Source: a virus
Lineage: Duplodnaviria > Caudoviricetes
IMG/VR virus record: IMGVR_UViG_3300040985_002201
Location: 1 to 41,419 of that record
Length of the DNA: 41,419 nt
Direction: 5' to 3' (one strand)
Made by a program: the position numbers and the translations under genes. Under the pieces are notes generated by a model that did not search any database, was not told where the DNA came from, and worked only from the letters and a program-made list of their open reading frames with translations. Below, piece after piece: positions 9,106 to 20,900 of the stretch (positions are counted from its first letter, which is position 1; the number at the start of each line of letters is the position of its first letter).

Positions 9106-9605
9106 TGATTCTGACTGAATCTCAATGGAATGACATCAAGCGCATTAACTGGAATCAAGCTGAGTCCAGGCGCATACGTGAACAAATCCATGACGACAAC
9201 TTTATTGTAGGCTGGTGTGGTCGTGCGAAACGATGGATGCTTGCGCGTATTATTGATGTCACCGTTGAGATTCAGTTCGGTGTAAAAAAGATACCCTCTC
9301 GCGAGCGGGTGCCTTTTGTATGGAAGGTCTGGGAAGATGACGATGGCGTCGGTCTGCATATCAGAGACCCTCGCCTCGTTACATACGTGCGTCGGTGTGA
9401 TCTCTGGCGCGAAGGTGCAGACAAGTACCTAAAGCAATATGATGATATCGAGTACATTGAGGAGCAAAAGGAGCGCAGCGAGTCTGATGAGATTCACTAC
9501 GCTGCAAAGCACGCAATCTGGGACTCAGCCAAAAAGATTGGCGATGAGCTGTGCGGCACCGATGTGCGCCACAAGGCACCCGATAGATTCTTTTTCATGA
9601 ATTAG
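9105..9605 (+). CDS. Hypothetical protein
   Basis: TAATG-coupled 166 aa ORF in the structural operon. Confidence 0.7.
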   Translation: MILTESQWNDIKRINWNQAESRRIREQIHDDNFIVGWCGRAKRWMLARIIDVTVEIQFGVKKIPSRERVPFVWKVWEDDDGVGLHIRDPRLVTYVRRCDLWREGADKYLKQYDDIEYIEEQKERSESDEIHYAAKHAIWDSAKKIGDELCGTDVRHKAPDRFFFMN

Positions 9606-9617
9606 GGGATTTTTGTT

Positions 9618-10352
9618 ATGGCATGGGATGGTTCAGTCAAGACGCTCGAAGACGTCAAAGCACTGGCAAAACTGCTCCTAGACGAAACGGGTGATCTCTT
9701 CTGGACAGTGGCTCAACAAAACGCCCTGGCCAATGAGGCCAATAGAACCGTGTTCAGGGAGCTCATTGATACTAATCCAGAGTACTTCATTGAGTCTACA
9801 ACAGGCCCCTTCGTGTGGACTGCAAACACAGAGTTTTTTGATATAACCTCCAACTTTATCAGCGCAATTCCTTATAAGATTCTAGGACTAGAAGGCACTG
9901 AAAACGCTGCAGTGATTTCGCCAACAAACATCCCGACGAAGTGGAGGCCAATGCTTTTCCAAGACAGAGCAATGGCCCAAAGCATGGATAGCTGGCGCCA
10001 AGGCGTGGGTGGTCGGTACTTTTGCCTAGCGGGGAAACGTTTGTATATTGCCCCTATCCCGACAGAAGCACTCAACTTCCACATCCACTGGATAAAGAAC
10101 ATTGAGAAGATGACAACTGACGCTCATGTTGTTCTCCGAAGTGAGCAGGATGATGAGAACGGTGCAGCCGATGCCTATGGCGACTTGGTTGCCGTCTTTC
10201 TCGCAAAGCTCATGAACTCAAAACAACAGGGTCAGAACCCAATGATTGAACAACTCTGGGCCGAGGGCTTGGAGCGCATGAAGGACAATGCCATATCAAG
10301 ACAGGTCTCTGAGCCCAGCTATGTGAGGGTAACCCGTGCCCCGTGGGACTAG
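9618..10352 (+). CDS. Head-tail adaptor (tail tubular protein A-like)
   Basis: TLEDVKALAKLLLDE..FWT...ALANEANR N-terminal helices and LYIAPIPT motif; size and position fit. Confidence 0.7.
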   Translation: MAWDGSVKTLEDVKALAKLLLDETGDLFWTVAQQNALANEANRTVFRELIDTNPEYFIESTTGPFVWTANTEFFDITSNFISAIPYKILGLEGTENAAVISPTNIPTKWRPMLFQDRAMAQSMDSWRQGVGGRYFCLAGKRLYIAPIPTEALNFHIHWIKNIEKMTTDAHVVLRSEQDDENGAADAYGDLVAVFLAKLMNSKQQGQNPMIEQLWAEGLERMKDNAISRQVSEPSYVRVTRAPWD

Positions 10353-12405
10353 AGCCGGCGGGCGAGCAAACCCCCGTACATTTACCTTCAATGGCCCATG
10401 GCTTGGCATGGAAGAGCGTGAGAACTTCCAGCAGCCTGAGCATTGCCAACTTGCGCTCAATGTTGACTTCCATCGCGGGTATATCGAAGGACGCAGTGGG
10501 TTTCAGCAGATATCAGGCAAGGGTGCTGACCGCATGCACCTTCACACCGTCATGGTCAACGGCACTCCCCGCTACCTATTAGGGGTGGGTGTAAACAACG
10601 CGGGTGCCGCCGTTTACTACGTTTACGATGCCAGAACAGGTGAAAACGTAAAGACGAGTACCGCTATCGCAAATGAACCCCTTGATAAGGAGTTTACTTG
10701 CAGGTTCTCTGATGTGATTCTAGCAAAGGACACAGATGGTGACGGCGTAAAGGAATCACCCCACCATGTGACCCTTATCTACACAAAGCATAACATCTAC
10801 GTCTTCGACCCACACGTCAACACGCTGACGATTGAAGAGGCCAGTATGACGGGAGATGTCATTGCAATAAACGACATCAACTGGGGGTATTGGATAACCC
10901 CGCCCCGAGGCTCAGGCCCCTTTGGCCCCATCTCAACAGAGCACCTTGGCTCGATTTGGTATGCTGGATTTCCAGAGCACTTCAATGTTGAGCTCAGTAA
11001 CCCAATCCACAGCAATCAAATCCAGGTGCCAGAGGCTAACATCAATCAGAACAACCGTTCTAAAATGATATTTGGGCCACAGCATGTCGCTTGGTCGGAC
11101 CCGTTTGATCCACTTGGCATTGTTGCCTACCATTTCTTTGCAGTCGAAGAGCAGGAGGTCATTACTGGTCTCAGATCGTTCAAAGAGCAGTTGGTCGTCT
11201 TTACCGACAGAAGCATCTACCTGATGACAGGTGGTACTGACGAAACCTTTCGCCTGTTCAAGGCAGTTAGCGGTGTGGGTTGTGTTGCTCCAAACTCCAT
11301 CGTTGAGGCAAATGGGGTTCTGTACTTCATGGCCCGGGATGGAATCTATGGCTTCACAGGCGCAACGGAGGGTGGTGCCGGTCTTGAGAAGATGACAAAG
11401 GGCATTGACTCCATATTCACCGGAAACAGCACGCAAACACACGTCCCTGATACCGCAGCCCCGTCAGTCGCACATGAGCTTTCATTCCTTGGGTGGCCAT
11501 ACAAAGCTGTCCGAGCCTCTATGGCCCACTCCAATGCGCTGCACGTCCAGAAAAAGAATCAGATTTGGTGGAGTCTGGACATTCATCAGACAAAATCCGG
11601 CTCGCATGCGCTCACACTTGTCTACGATTACTATCATGGCGCGTGGTCTCTGTATCAACCGCTGCAAGCAGGTCGAGGTCCTGAGTATGCCGTATCCACA
11701 TCATCCTGGTCGCAACGTCGCGTGTCCTGCATGTTTGATGGGACGACCGTTTTGATTGGTGGGGATGAGGTCATTTACACGTCAGGCACCGGGGAGTCAG
11801 GAGCAGGGGAGTTCCCGCTACTCCGGTATGGTGGGCGTTTGGATAATTTCGCGCAGTCTAACGGCGCCGCCATAAATAAGTCATATATACCGTTCATTTA
11901 CATAACTGGTCGATTGTTCAAGGACAATCCCAACACCTCACTCTTTCGACCAATCCGACTCAAGATGTTGTCATGGGGTAGCTTGGCTGCAGATAAGTAC
12001 GGACCCAGGTGGTTTGCAGAGGGTGAAGAGGCTCACGCTGACAGTCAGACGCTTTCCGCTGATGGAGAGACAGTTGTTGCTGCGTCTGAAACTCAGGGGA
12101 CAAGTGGTCTTATCCCGATGCACCCAACGGATGGGGGTAACAAAGTCGAGCTCTTCTATGGCACGGCATACAGTTCAGGTGGGGCGGCGCATACCCCAGC
12201 ATCGACATATCAGTCGCGTGATTGGTTCACATCAAAGCTGGAACCGGCATCTGTTAGGTCCAGGTCTTTGAGAATCGGTCTTCAGTCGGGTTACCGGGTC
12301 GATGTAACCGGCACGTATGCAACGGATGCTGTTGACCGGATAACCGGCCCGCCGCTTGTCGTTCAGGCGATTATGGTTGACGTGGAGGGGGGTGATACTC
12401 GATGA
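10336..12405 (+). CDS. Tail nozzle / stabilisation protein (P22 gp10 / T7 gp12-like)
   Basis: Beta-propeller-type motifs ITGLRSFKEQLVVFTDRSIY and VGCVAPNSIVEANGVLYFMARDGIY; follows the adaptor. Confidence 0.85.
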   Translation: MPRGTRAGGRANPRTFTFNGPWLGMEERENFQQPEHCQLALNVDFHRGYIEGRSGFQQISGKGADRMHLHTVMVNGTPRYLLGVGVNNAGAAVYYVYDARTGENVKTSTAIANEPLDKEFTCRFSDVILAKDTDGDGVKESPHHVTLIYTKHNIYVFDPHVNTLTIEEASMTGDVIAINDINWGYWITPPRGSGPFGPISTEHLGSIWYAGFPEHFNVELSNPIHSNQIQVPEANINQNNRSKMIFGPQHVAWSDPFDPLGIVAYHFFAVEEQEVITGLRSFKEQLVVFTDRSIYLMTGGTDETFRLFKAVSGVGCVAPNSIVEANGVLYFMARDGIYGFTGATEGGAGLEKMTKGIDSIFTGNSTQTHVPDTAAPSVAHELSFLGWPYKAVRASMAHSNALHVQKKNQIWWSLDIHQTKSGSHALTLVYDYYHGAWSLYQPLQAGRGPEYAVSTSSWSQRRVSCMFDGTTVLIGGDEVIYTSGTGESGAGEFPLLRYGGRLDNFAQSNGAAINKSYIPFIYITGRLFKDNPNTSLFRPIRLKMLSWGSLAADKYGPRWFAEGEEAHADSQTLSADGETVVAASETQGTSGLIPMHPTDGGNKVELFYGTAYSSGGAAHTPASTYQSRDWFTSKLEPASVRSRSLRIGLQSGYRVDVTGTYATDAVDRITGPPLVVQAIMVDVEGGDTR

Positions 12406-13193
12406 TATTCGTTTCAACCGTCGTTTTCCCAATCATACGCAATGCGTTCTCATCACTGAGGACGAACACCCGACTGCCAGTGACCGTGTTCAGTGCTGGT
12501 GACCACCGACTCAGGACCATTGGTCGGCAGATTGAAAGTCTTGTGACGCGACAGTGCGAAGTGTGTGTTACGCCAGCCACCCCGTTGCGGGAGGCTGTTG
12601 GGGCGCTGAGTAAGACCGGGGGCCGGTTGTATTTGACGGAAGGGCTGTGGAACTTCAATAAGACCCTCGAGATAGATTCCAAGTTTATCCAGATCCACTC
12701 ATTATCCCCTGGGCGAACCGTTTTTCGACGTGAGAGCGCAATGGCATCCACAGACCCAATAATAAGCTCTACAGGTGTAAATAATATATTTGAGGGGATC
12801 CGCTTCATTGATGAGACTGACACGGTAGCCACCCACGCGCTGAAGATTTCAGGCAGCAATTCGATTGTCAGGAACTGTGTTTTTGAAGACTTCCACGGAG
12901 GGGTCTTGGTTAGCACTGCTAATCGCGTCAGGATAATGGACTGTGAGTTTCATACTGGCGTGAATCGAGCCATCGAGTATAGTGGCACATGCGTTGGCGG
13001 GATGATAACAGCAAACTCAATTGAGCGAACGGGTGGCAATGTGTATTTAGGCGATGACGTATCCCTGATGACAGTGATTGGCAACACCTTCGATACGTCA
13101 GGTGTTCAGATTAGCTACTTCGCTGGTCAAAATATTGAGACAGGAAGCGCACTCAATGTCATTGACCCCTCCCGTGTCGAGGAGCGCTGCTAA
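12402..13193 (+). CDS. Right-handed beta-helix (pectin-lyase-fold) tailspike-like protein
   Basis: GGRLYLTEGLW start of helix, then repeated IxNCxF / IxxNxI / VIGNTF rungs. Confidence 0.75.
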   Translation: MIFVSTVVFPIIRNAFSSLRTNTRLPVTVFSAGDHRLRTIGRQIESLVTRQCEVCVTPATPLREAVGALSKTGGRLYLTEGLWNFNKTLEIDSKFIQIHSLSPGRTVFRRESAMASTDPIISSTGVNNIFEGIRFIDETDTVATHALKISGSNSIVRNCVFEDFHGGVLVSTANRVRIMDCEFHTGVNRAIEYSGTCVGGMITANSIERTGGNVYLGDDVSLMTVIGNTFDTSGVQISYFAGQNIETGSALNVIDPSRVEERC

Positions 13194-13747
13194 TGGCTGT
13201 GACGGTACTAAGCTTTCAAGACCAAGTGGATGGGCAACTTGTCAATCGAAGTTACGTCAATGACAACTTTGGTGACATCAATAATTACCTTGCCGGCACA
13301 GCGCCACTTGATGACCTTGATAAGCCATACTACTCGACTCCAGTCACCTTGTTTACAGGCGATTTGACTAATGGGTCGTCTGTTATCCATACGGTGGCAT
13401 TGCCAGGTCAGGCATCGCTGGGTGCAACCGCTGCGCTCTATGAGATACAAAACACCCGGGGTGGCGGCACATCAGACGCTGGTGCGGTGAGCTGGACATA
13501 CTACAGCACGTGGGCCGATGCCTATAACAACACAACTGGCAATGCGTTACTGACAGTAACCTTTTCTGATGACGCGGACGGTGGTGTATTCATAAAGACA
13601 ACGAGCATTCCCAGCGCACTTGCTACGGCTGTGACAAACAATACGCCATTTTACGTTAGGGTGGCGGCATCTGAGCATGATGCAATTGATATCTGTACAA
13701 CGCTTTGGCTCAAGGTTAAGCACGAGCAGGGCACATTGGAGAGCTAA
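13193..13747 (+). CDS. Short tail protein, paralogue 1
   Basis: VNDNFGDINNYL anchor-like motif; aligns end to end with the next ORF. Confidence 0.65.
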   Translation: MAVTVLSFQDQVDGQLVNRSYVNDNFGDINNYLAGTAPLDDLDKPYYSTPVTLFTGDLTNGSSVIHTVALPGQASLGATAALYEIQNTRGGGTSDAGAVSWTYYSTWADAYNNTTGNALLTVTFSDDADGGVFIKTTSIPSALATAVTNNTPFYVRVAASEHDAIDICTTLWLKVKHEQGTLES

Positions 13748-14271
13748 TGCCTACTTCTATTGAATTTGATGTGTTTGCCGAAGGTCAGTCAGTGGCTGCT
13801 GCGGACCTCAATGCCAACTTTGCTAAGGTAAACACGTACTTATCGAATGGGATCCCAAATGAAGACCTAATCAATAGGTATCACAACATCTGCGTGTCGA
13901 TTCCTTTTGGCGATATGAATACAGGTACAGACAAGATATTCGGCTTTGCGGTCCCTACTTCATTTTCTGACGGTGGGCTCGTATTCAATGAAATAAATAC
14001 AGTTCGGGGTGGCGATCCATCCGGCACAAATCTTGGGGCGCTCGGGATTCGCCTCTACACAACTTTTGCAGATGCCTATAATAATACAACAGCAAATGCG
14101 AAATTCACGGTAACATACGGTGACGACACCGCTGGAGGGACATTAGATCAAGGTCAAGCATCTTTGGTGTTTGATGCGGGTCAGAAGTTGTTTGTCCGGG
14201 CCGATGTCACTGAAAACAATGCAGTGGACATCACTGTGCAGCTTTGGTTCAAAGCGCAGCATAGGAGCTAG
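13747..14271 (+). CDS. Short tail protein, paralogue 2
   Basis: AADLNANFAKVNTYL motif; shares ADAYNNTT with the previous ORF. Confidence 0.65.
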   Translation: MPTSIEFDVFAEGQSVAAADLNANFAKVNTYLSNGIPNEDLINRYHNICVSIPFGDMNTGTDKIFGFAVPTSFSDGGLVFNEINTVRGGDPSGTNLGALGIRLYTTFADAYNNTTANAKFTVTYGDDTAGGTLDQGQASLVFDAGQKLFVRADVTENNAVDITVQLWFKAQHRS

Positions 14272-14273
14272 TT

Positions 14274-15647
14274 ATGTCAAAGTATCAAGTACCAAAGGAT
14301 AGCCGGGGCTATAAGAACCCACGCGCAGAAAACCCAAACAGCGCAATGAAGCGACCAACGGCACCCGTTCAACGGGGTGGCCTGATGGATACTGCCGCTC
14401 GAGCTCGAGCACTCAAGCCGGGGATCCCCCCAATACCGACACTCCAACCACCAGAGATTGCCGCTGCCCCAGAACCCGCACAGGAGCGTCAGCAACCAGC
14501 GATGCGACCACCAGCGACCCCGATTAACATTCACGTGGGGGCGCCGCAAGTAGAGCCTAGAGCCGAGGCTGCAAAGGCATTGGCTAAGAAAGAGGAAGTG
14601 ACCTACGGAGCGCCGGAAGGTGGCTGGGAGTCAATGGGTTACTTATCCGATATGCAGGCAGTCGGAGGGGGTGGTGCTGGGGAACCGGCAGATGCCGAGG
14701 AACCAGCGACCGAGGAACCAGCGACCGAGGAAGGGGCTTACCCAGGTGGAAAGACAAAGGAAGAGTGGGAAGCTGTCATTGCAAAGGCGGCTGAGAGTGG
14801 CGAAGAGTGGGACCTGGCCTACGCGGCAAATCAACTGGAGGATGGCAAAGACATAACACCAGAGCAAGAGGCACTTCTTGTAAAGTATGGATTCCATAGC
14901 GATTCCCCTGAGATTGCCGATGCCAAAGATGCCGTTACTTCAGCCAAGGAAATTGTTGAGCCGTGGCTGTACGAATACATGTCATCCGACTTAGGCATAT
15001 CGGAAACTGATATATCAAACCAGGTTGAGCAACTGAAGATGGCGAGCTCAGAAGAGATTGCGAAGTTCGCGCAACAGATGGCATCACGCGGCATGGGCGC
15101 GAGCGGTCTGGTTGGCGCCGGCATGGGTCAAATCCAGTCATCGACGATGGCAGCGATGGCTAATGTGCGCTTTGAAGCCGCAAAACTCGCTGTTGAGGAC
15201 AGACTGAATAGGCTCAAGAGTTACCTCGCGACGTATGGCAACATGATTTCAACAGAAGCTCAACTTGCGATGCAGGGTGAAATAAACAAATTGGCTAATG
15301 ACCAGTTTGATTACCAACAACAGCAAGACAGAGTTGCAGACCAGTGGCAGTCAGTTGCAAACTGGGCAGCAGCACACGGCGCAAAGGGTTATACTGGCGG
15401 AACTCTCGACAAAGTGTGGGACAAGATGCACTCCATCAACCCGCAGACGGGCGAGTACTACACGTGGGATGAGATTTCCCAGAGCCTGGGAACATTGGTG
15501 AAAGTGGTGGACGGGGTGAATGTTATCTATGCAACATGGCGAGTGGGAAATCAGCCAGCGGAAATTATAGACACAGTCTACTACGGGGGAGAGCTTCAAG
15601 GGTGGCACACTCCTGACAAGGCTTTTGTTAAGTACATAAAGGAGTAG
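14274..15647 (+). CDS. Putative internal virion (ejection) protein
   Basis: QQMASRGMGASGL motif followed by Gln/Ala helices, typical of podovirus ejection proteins; Pro-rich N-terminus. Confidence 0.6.
   Translation: MSKYQVPKDSRGYKNPRAENPNSAMKRPTAPVQRGGLMDTAARARALKPGIPPIPTLQPPEIAAAPEPAQERQQPAMRPPATPINIHVGAPQVEPRAEAAKALAKKEEVTYGAPEGGWESMGYLSDMQAVGGGGAGEPADAEEPATEEPATEEGAYPGGKTKEEWEAVIAKAAESGEEWDLAYAANQLEDGKDITPEQEALLVKYGFHSDSPEIADAKDAVTSAKEIVEPWLYEYMSSDLGISETDISNQVEQLKMASSEEIAKFAQQMASRGMGASGLVGAGMGQIQSSTMAAMANVRFEAAKLAVEDRLNRLKSYLATYGNMISTEAQLAMQGEINKLANDQFDYQQQQDRVADQWQSVANWAAAHGAKGYTGGTLDKVWDKMHSINPQTGEYYTWDEISQSLGTLVKVVDGVNVIYATWRVGNQPAEIIDTVYYGGELQGWHTPDKAFVKYIKE
14695..14732 (+). repeat. 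15-bp in-frame tandem repeat, about 2.5 copies (EEPAT)
   Basis: CCGAGGAACCAGCGA twice, then CCGAGGAA. Confidence 0.85.
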
Positions 15648-15649
15648 TC

Positions 15650-17941
15650 ATGGCAGGTGCAGTACCAGATATTACCCCATATTTTAGCCAAACCTATGCT
15701 CAGGGCATGGAAAATGCTCGGACAAAGATAAAGGCTGACTTAGAGCGTGAGTTGGCCCGCGAACGTGCGGCAGCCCAAATGGCTCAGACGTTGGTTGGTG
15801 GTGCGTTCAATATCGGTGGCCAACTTGGATCCGCTGCTCTCGCCCATTACCTGAAGGAACCTCTTGAGAGCGCAAAGGGTGGTGTTTACGGCTTCGAGCG
15901 TGCCCATGGGGTAGAGGCTGGTGAGGCCTATCTGGATGCCATCGACCCGCAACTACAGGCTGCAGCAGCGAAGCGTGCCGCTCCTGAGATTGCAGCGATG
16001 GAAGCAGAAATGGGGACCGGGAAAACAGTCGCATCACTCCCCGCTGACGCTAGTGAGGGTGATCTTAGGGGAGCTCTTGAACTTGGCGAAGGTCAAGGTG
16101 CCCCCGGCATGCACACAACATTGGAGGAGTTCCAGTCGATTCCAAAGGGGCGCCGCCTTGAGATAACAGAAGGTGGTGGGGACATTGGCGAAGGGGTACG
16201 TGCAGCCGCAGCCATCAAGCACCTTGAGCGCATGCGAGGGGTTGTAAGAAGTGGGGGACCGTTAGCACAAGAGTTAGCAAAACTAAAGATTGAAATACCA
16301 ACCTTTCAAGAGTTCAAACAGGCCCCGGAAAAACACGGCGTAAAGCCAACGTCTGCCCGTTCGGGTGAGCTCTACAACTTGAGTCGGAGGGTGAACGACA
16401 AAGCGAACCTTGATATGGCCCAGATGTATTGGAAAAAGGACCAAGCTGAGACTACGATCAAGACCGCTGCTGAAGCCAAGGTTGCCAAACAGATTCAAGA
16501 TACCAACCCAAACAAAATAGTCAGCAGCGGGCTGTCCCACCTCTCATGGCAACGTATGAAAATGGTGAAGGCAAATGACCTGAGCCAGCGCTATGGATTG
16601 GTTTCTGATAAAAATAATCGTCTGTACCTCCAGTTTGATGTGTACGGGGATAGTGATATTGCACAGAAGTTGGTAACACTGCCAACCCCGTTGACAAGAA
16701 CGCAAATTGAGTGGTTGAAAAAGGACATCGCATTTGCTGTTGAGTCCCCTTTGACGGCAAATGAGTTTAAGGTTAGACACGCGAATTTCAAAATAGCCAT
16801 GTCCCTTAAAGGCGCAGGAAAAATGTCTGTGAGAATCTTCAATGGCCAGAAACGGGATAAGGAAGATCCACCAATCTGGAGATACAATTCGGGTCCAGGG
16901 GATAAGAGTCCAATTGATGTCCGCCATTCGGATGTATCTGGAGCTTTAGCGGCACCGCTTGACCCAAGTGACCCAGAGAGCATTACAAACGTTGATGCCA
17001 TTATGCAGTGGCTAGAGACCCCTAAAAATAAAATGTACAGGATTGGTGACAAAACAACCCAAGGTGCGGGCGTTACCGATCAAGCAGAGTTGGCGCGCAT
17101 TGAAGCAGACCTCAAATTCATCCAAAGCCAGGAACCTGGTACCGAAGAGCGTATAGACAAATTGTTTGGCAAGGGGAAGGGGTACAAAGTAAACAGAAAA
17201 TATCAACTTGGACTTAGGATGTTTGTCCGCAACCATCAGGAAACTCACCGTGGCGATTCCATTCAAGCGCTAAAGGGAGCGAAAGACACAACCATCGCGC
17301 CAACTGCAGTTGAGACTAAGGTAAGCAACCAGTACGCGGCAACGTTTGGTAAAGCGGAGGCCAAAATTGCCAGTGCGGGCAAATCAAGTGTTGCTACCGC
17401 CATGAGCACCGTAAAGGCGGAATTTATAAAACCAAACAACAAAAGAAGAAACCATGTAAAGATCACGATTGGCGGGAAAGAGTATGCCTTCACCGTGAAG
17501 GGTGATGGTTGGAAAAAGTATAATAAAGGATTCAAGGTTGCGGATTTCAAGGTATGGCTAAAGAACCACACCTCTGGCGGCACAGAGCAATTCAACAGTC
17601 TCCAATTGGACGCTCGAAAAGCCGCTGCAAGAAAGCACCTCCCGGGCGCTATTAAGAATTGGAAAAACATTATTGAAACCAATAAGTTGCCTATGGACAA
17701 AGGTTGGGAGCTTTTTAATCGGAAGTACCCGTATCAGGGTACATTTAGCATTGATGATTTCAAAAACGTTTTTGATGGTAACGACCTGGGCGCTGTTATC
17801 AATTCAGAGACTCGGAACCCTGTTGCGTCGATGGATGACGACCGGGTAACGAAAGCGTTGAAAGCCATTGCTCGCATGAATATTTCAGATAAAGAGAAGA
17901 ACCGGCGACTAAACCACTTCCTAACTCGCATGGGTGCGTAA
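15650..17941 (+). CDS. Putative internal virion (ejection) protein
   Basis: 763 aa, helical and Ala/Lys-rich, AAGGAG RBS; second of three large genes after the tail module. Confidence 0.6.
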   Translation: MAGAVPDITPYFSQTYAQGMENARTKIKADLERELARERAAAQMAQTLVGGAFNIGGQLGSAALAHYLKEPLESAKGGVYGFERAHGVEAGEAYLDAIDPQLQAAAAKRAAPEIAAMEAEMGTGKTVASLPADASEGDLRGALELGEGQGAPGMHTTLEEFQSIPKGRRLEITEGGGDIGEGVRAAAAIKHLERMRGVVRSGGPLAQELAKLKIEIPTFQEFKQAPEKHGVKPTSARSGELYNLSRRVNDKANLDMAQMYWKKDQAETTIKTAAEAKVAKQIQDTNPNKIVSSGLSHLSWQRMKMVKANDLSQRYGLVSDKNNRLYLQFDVYGDSDIAQKLVTLPTPLTRTQIEWLKKDIAFAVESPLTANEFKVRHANFKIAMSLKGAGKMSVRIFNGQKRDKEDPPIWRYNSGPGDKSPIDVRHSDVSGALAAPLDPSDPESITNVDAIMQWLETPKNKMYRIGDKTTQGAGVTDQAELARIEADLKFIQSQEPGTEERIDKLFGKGKGYKVNRKYQLGLRMFVRNHQETHRGDSIQALKGAKDTTIAPTAVETKVSNQYAATFGKAEAKIASAGKSSVATAMSTVKAEFIKPNNKRRNHVKITIGGKEYAFTVKGDGWKKYNKGFKVADFKVWLKNHTSGGTEQFNSLQLDARKAAARKHLPGAIKNWKNIIETNKLPMDKGWELFNRKYPYQGTFSIDDFKNVFDGNDLGAVINSETRNPVASMDDDRVTKALKAIARMNISDKEKNRRLNHFLTRMGA

Positions 17942-20900
17942 TGGTTGATGAGAAGAAGGATGAGCCGGGACTTGGGTCAACAGCCCTTGGATTTGGGGCA
18001 AGCATGTTTCCAGGTACCGCTGCCTTCGGTGCCACTGCCTACGGCTTATTCAAACTGTTCGAGTCAGGCAAGCAGGAACTCACCGATGAGCAGATAGCCA
18101 GGGCAAAGGCAGAGCATAAGGCAGAGCTCAAGGCAAAGAAGGCGATTGGCAAATCTAGACCTATTCAACTGGAGAAAGCATACACGCCACCTGGCAAGCC
18201 ACTCACGCCACCCGTCTTCAGGGGCGGAACAAGTGAGATGCCCATGTTTGGGTATAAGCCACCGGGGGTAGACACTGTTCCATACGGCAAAACCATAACC
18301 ATCCATGACAAAGAGACCGGGCAAGTGCATGAAGTGCCGGCAGAACAATTGTTTGGGAAGCAGCAAGAGGTCACTTACGAGGGCAAGAAAACACCGCTGT
18401 CAGCGATGGGGGCGCCGCCGCAACTTCTAACCGGCACTTCTGGAGATCTCACGCGCCTAATATTCGACAGAGGGACCCTCGATAAAGGAGCTACAAACAT
18501 ACAGCCGGGGAACCTACTGGGCGGCACAGGTGGCGACGTGTACAAAACCCAGAGACCAATACGGACCACCCCTGATAAAGACATGACCTTCATTGATTTC
18601 ATCAAGGACCGTGTGCCAACCGCAGCCGAACAGGCATGGTCTGAAGGCAAAACCACCCGATTTCTATCAAACAGGGAAACCGTAAACTGGTTTGAGGGAG
18701 TCTTCCCGACATACCAAGAGAAGGTTATTCGACGCAAGAAGACAACCAAGGAGCGTCCAATACCCAAGGACCTGGCTGTGTCGGAGCATGGAAAGAGTGA
18801 TGATCCAGACCAGGACAAGAGCCTAACAAAGGGATCTCCATTCTGGCAAAAGCGTGACGACGTAAAGCAATCCCTGTTCGACAAGCGTCAAGAGCTCTAT
18901 CACAGATTAGTTCGCTATTACAAAAGCGCTCAACACGGTAACCTGGCAATGCTGCCGGTGGCGAAAGAACTCGAGAAGGAGATACTATCGCTCTATAAAA
19001 AGCCTGAGTATCGGGAAATCTTCTTTACAGATGATGAGGAAAAACTCTCGAGGGAGTTTGCCAAGCTAGACCCAAAGAAGCAATCCAGGTGGCTACAGAG
19101 GCACAGGAAGTTCCTAGACCGAGTGCAACCCTTTGGCACTATTCCCAGACAGGGCTACACGGTTGATAGAGCCATTGCGACAGGTAGGTGGGCAAGGATT
19201 AGGATCCCCGTACCGATGTACACAAAGGGGCAGTGGGAAACCACTACATCGCGTGAACTGGATAAGCTAAGGTCCAACATCCAAATCCCCATCAACACCA
19301 ATATGAGAGGCGGCGGACATCAGGGATTCCCAGACGCAAACATAACGCCTGAGAGGGCGGAGCAACGCCTGACGGCAAACGAGTCTGTCCCAGTTGATAG
19401 AGCAACTGCACTCATAAAAACATACAACGCCCAGATGAAAGAAGTTGGCACGCCTGAGAAGGTGAGGGCCGTTGCTGAGAGGTTGTACCTTGCCAGTAAG
19501 AGAAAGTCTAAGTCAGGGTTGCACGTCCAGGCCCCAGTCCACGCAAAGGAAGTCCCGTCGAACAAAGCACTTGCCCCCTTCATGGAGAAGGCTCGCAGAA
19601 CAATTGCGTGGGAGTTGTGGAGAGATCTTGTAGAACGAGGAGGGCAGTGGGAGCAACAGGATATCTCTCGCATGGACCCAGCGCTTATTGAAATGAAGTC
19701 AGCGGGTATACCGATTACATCGAAGGATAGCTCGCTGGGCCCGTTTCTGCAGAAAGGCCTACATTGGGTTACTGGAGACCTGGACGAGCAGTCAACATGG
19801 TTTGACATCCCCTGGACTGATAACCAGTACGCCATTGGCAATCCATTTGCAGCCAAAAATAGCCTCCTATCAGGCGGATACCATATCGCGTCAAAACTAG
19901 TAAACGCTGTCCATGAAGCCCTAGACATATACATGGGACAGGACTCAGAAGGCGTCAACAGTACAGTACGTATCCCTTCGGCAGTTATGAAGGAGGATGC
20001 GAGGAATAATAGGTCCAACGCTGTCATTAACTTCCTCCGCTTTGATGATCCAGAGCACTCCTTTCGCGGCCTATTTGGACTCCGGTGGAACGATAAGGCG
20101 ACCTGGGACACCAAACTAAACAAAGGCCGAGGCGGTTGGAGAGGCGGCTGGGAAGCTGCTGATTTCATGACAGCGTGGAAATATGACGGTCCAGAGGGGA
20201 AAGATCTAAAAGTAATCGGCAAGTACGATGCGATGGGACCGTGGGAAGTAGTATCACACGTTGCTGAAAATGCACCTGAAGAGCTTGCCGGTCTCATTAT
20301 GCTATTTCCACATATCGGTGAAATGGTTGTTGATATGATTGCCGAACCCTTCAGTGGGCGCAATGCAGTTGAATCCGCCAAACAATTAACGCAGACCGGG
20401 AAAATGTTCATTGATGGAATGGTGAACTCACTTGCGCTTCATATTGGCGACCCCAAGGCTGGGCTGGTTGAGGAGGGGGCAATAACGCAGTTCCTGTGGC
20501 TTATGCCGCTCGGTCAACTCGCCAAGATAGGCATGAGCAAACTGCTAAAGACAAAGATGTTTGAGCTCATGCAAAAGAAGATTACCAATGGAAAGGCCCC
20601 ACTAATTGAAACGGGTGAACTCGTACTGGAAGAGGGTAAGCTGCGACCCAAAAAGGCCGGCGAAAAGAGCCTGTATGACACAGCGAACGAGGAACTAAAG
20701 ACAAAGAAACACAAACACAAGAAGGCGGCTGAAGTACTGCAAAAGGCATGGAAGCGCATACGGGACCGGCTGGATGATGCCGGGAAAGTAAAGGAACCAA
20801 CAAGCAAAAGAAAGAGGGTGCGGGTAAAGCACAGGAAGCAAGCGGAAGCGTATGAGGCAGCGGTGGATGCGGAGGCCATGCTTGCAAGTAATGTCGAAAT

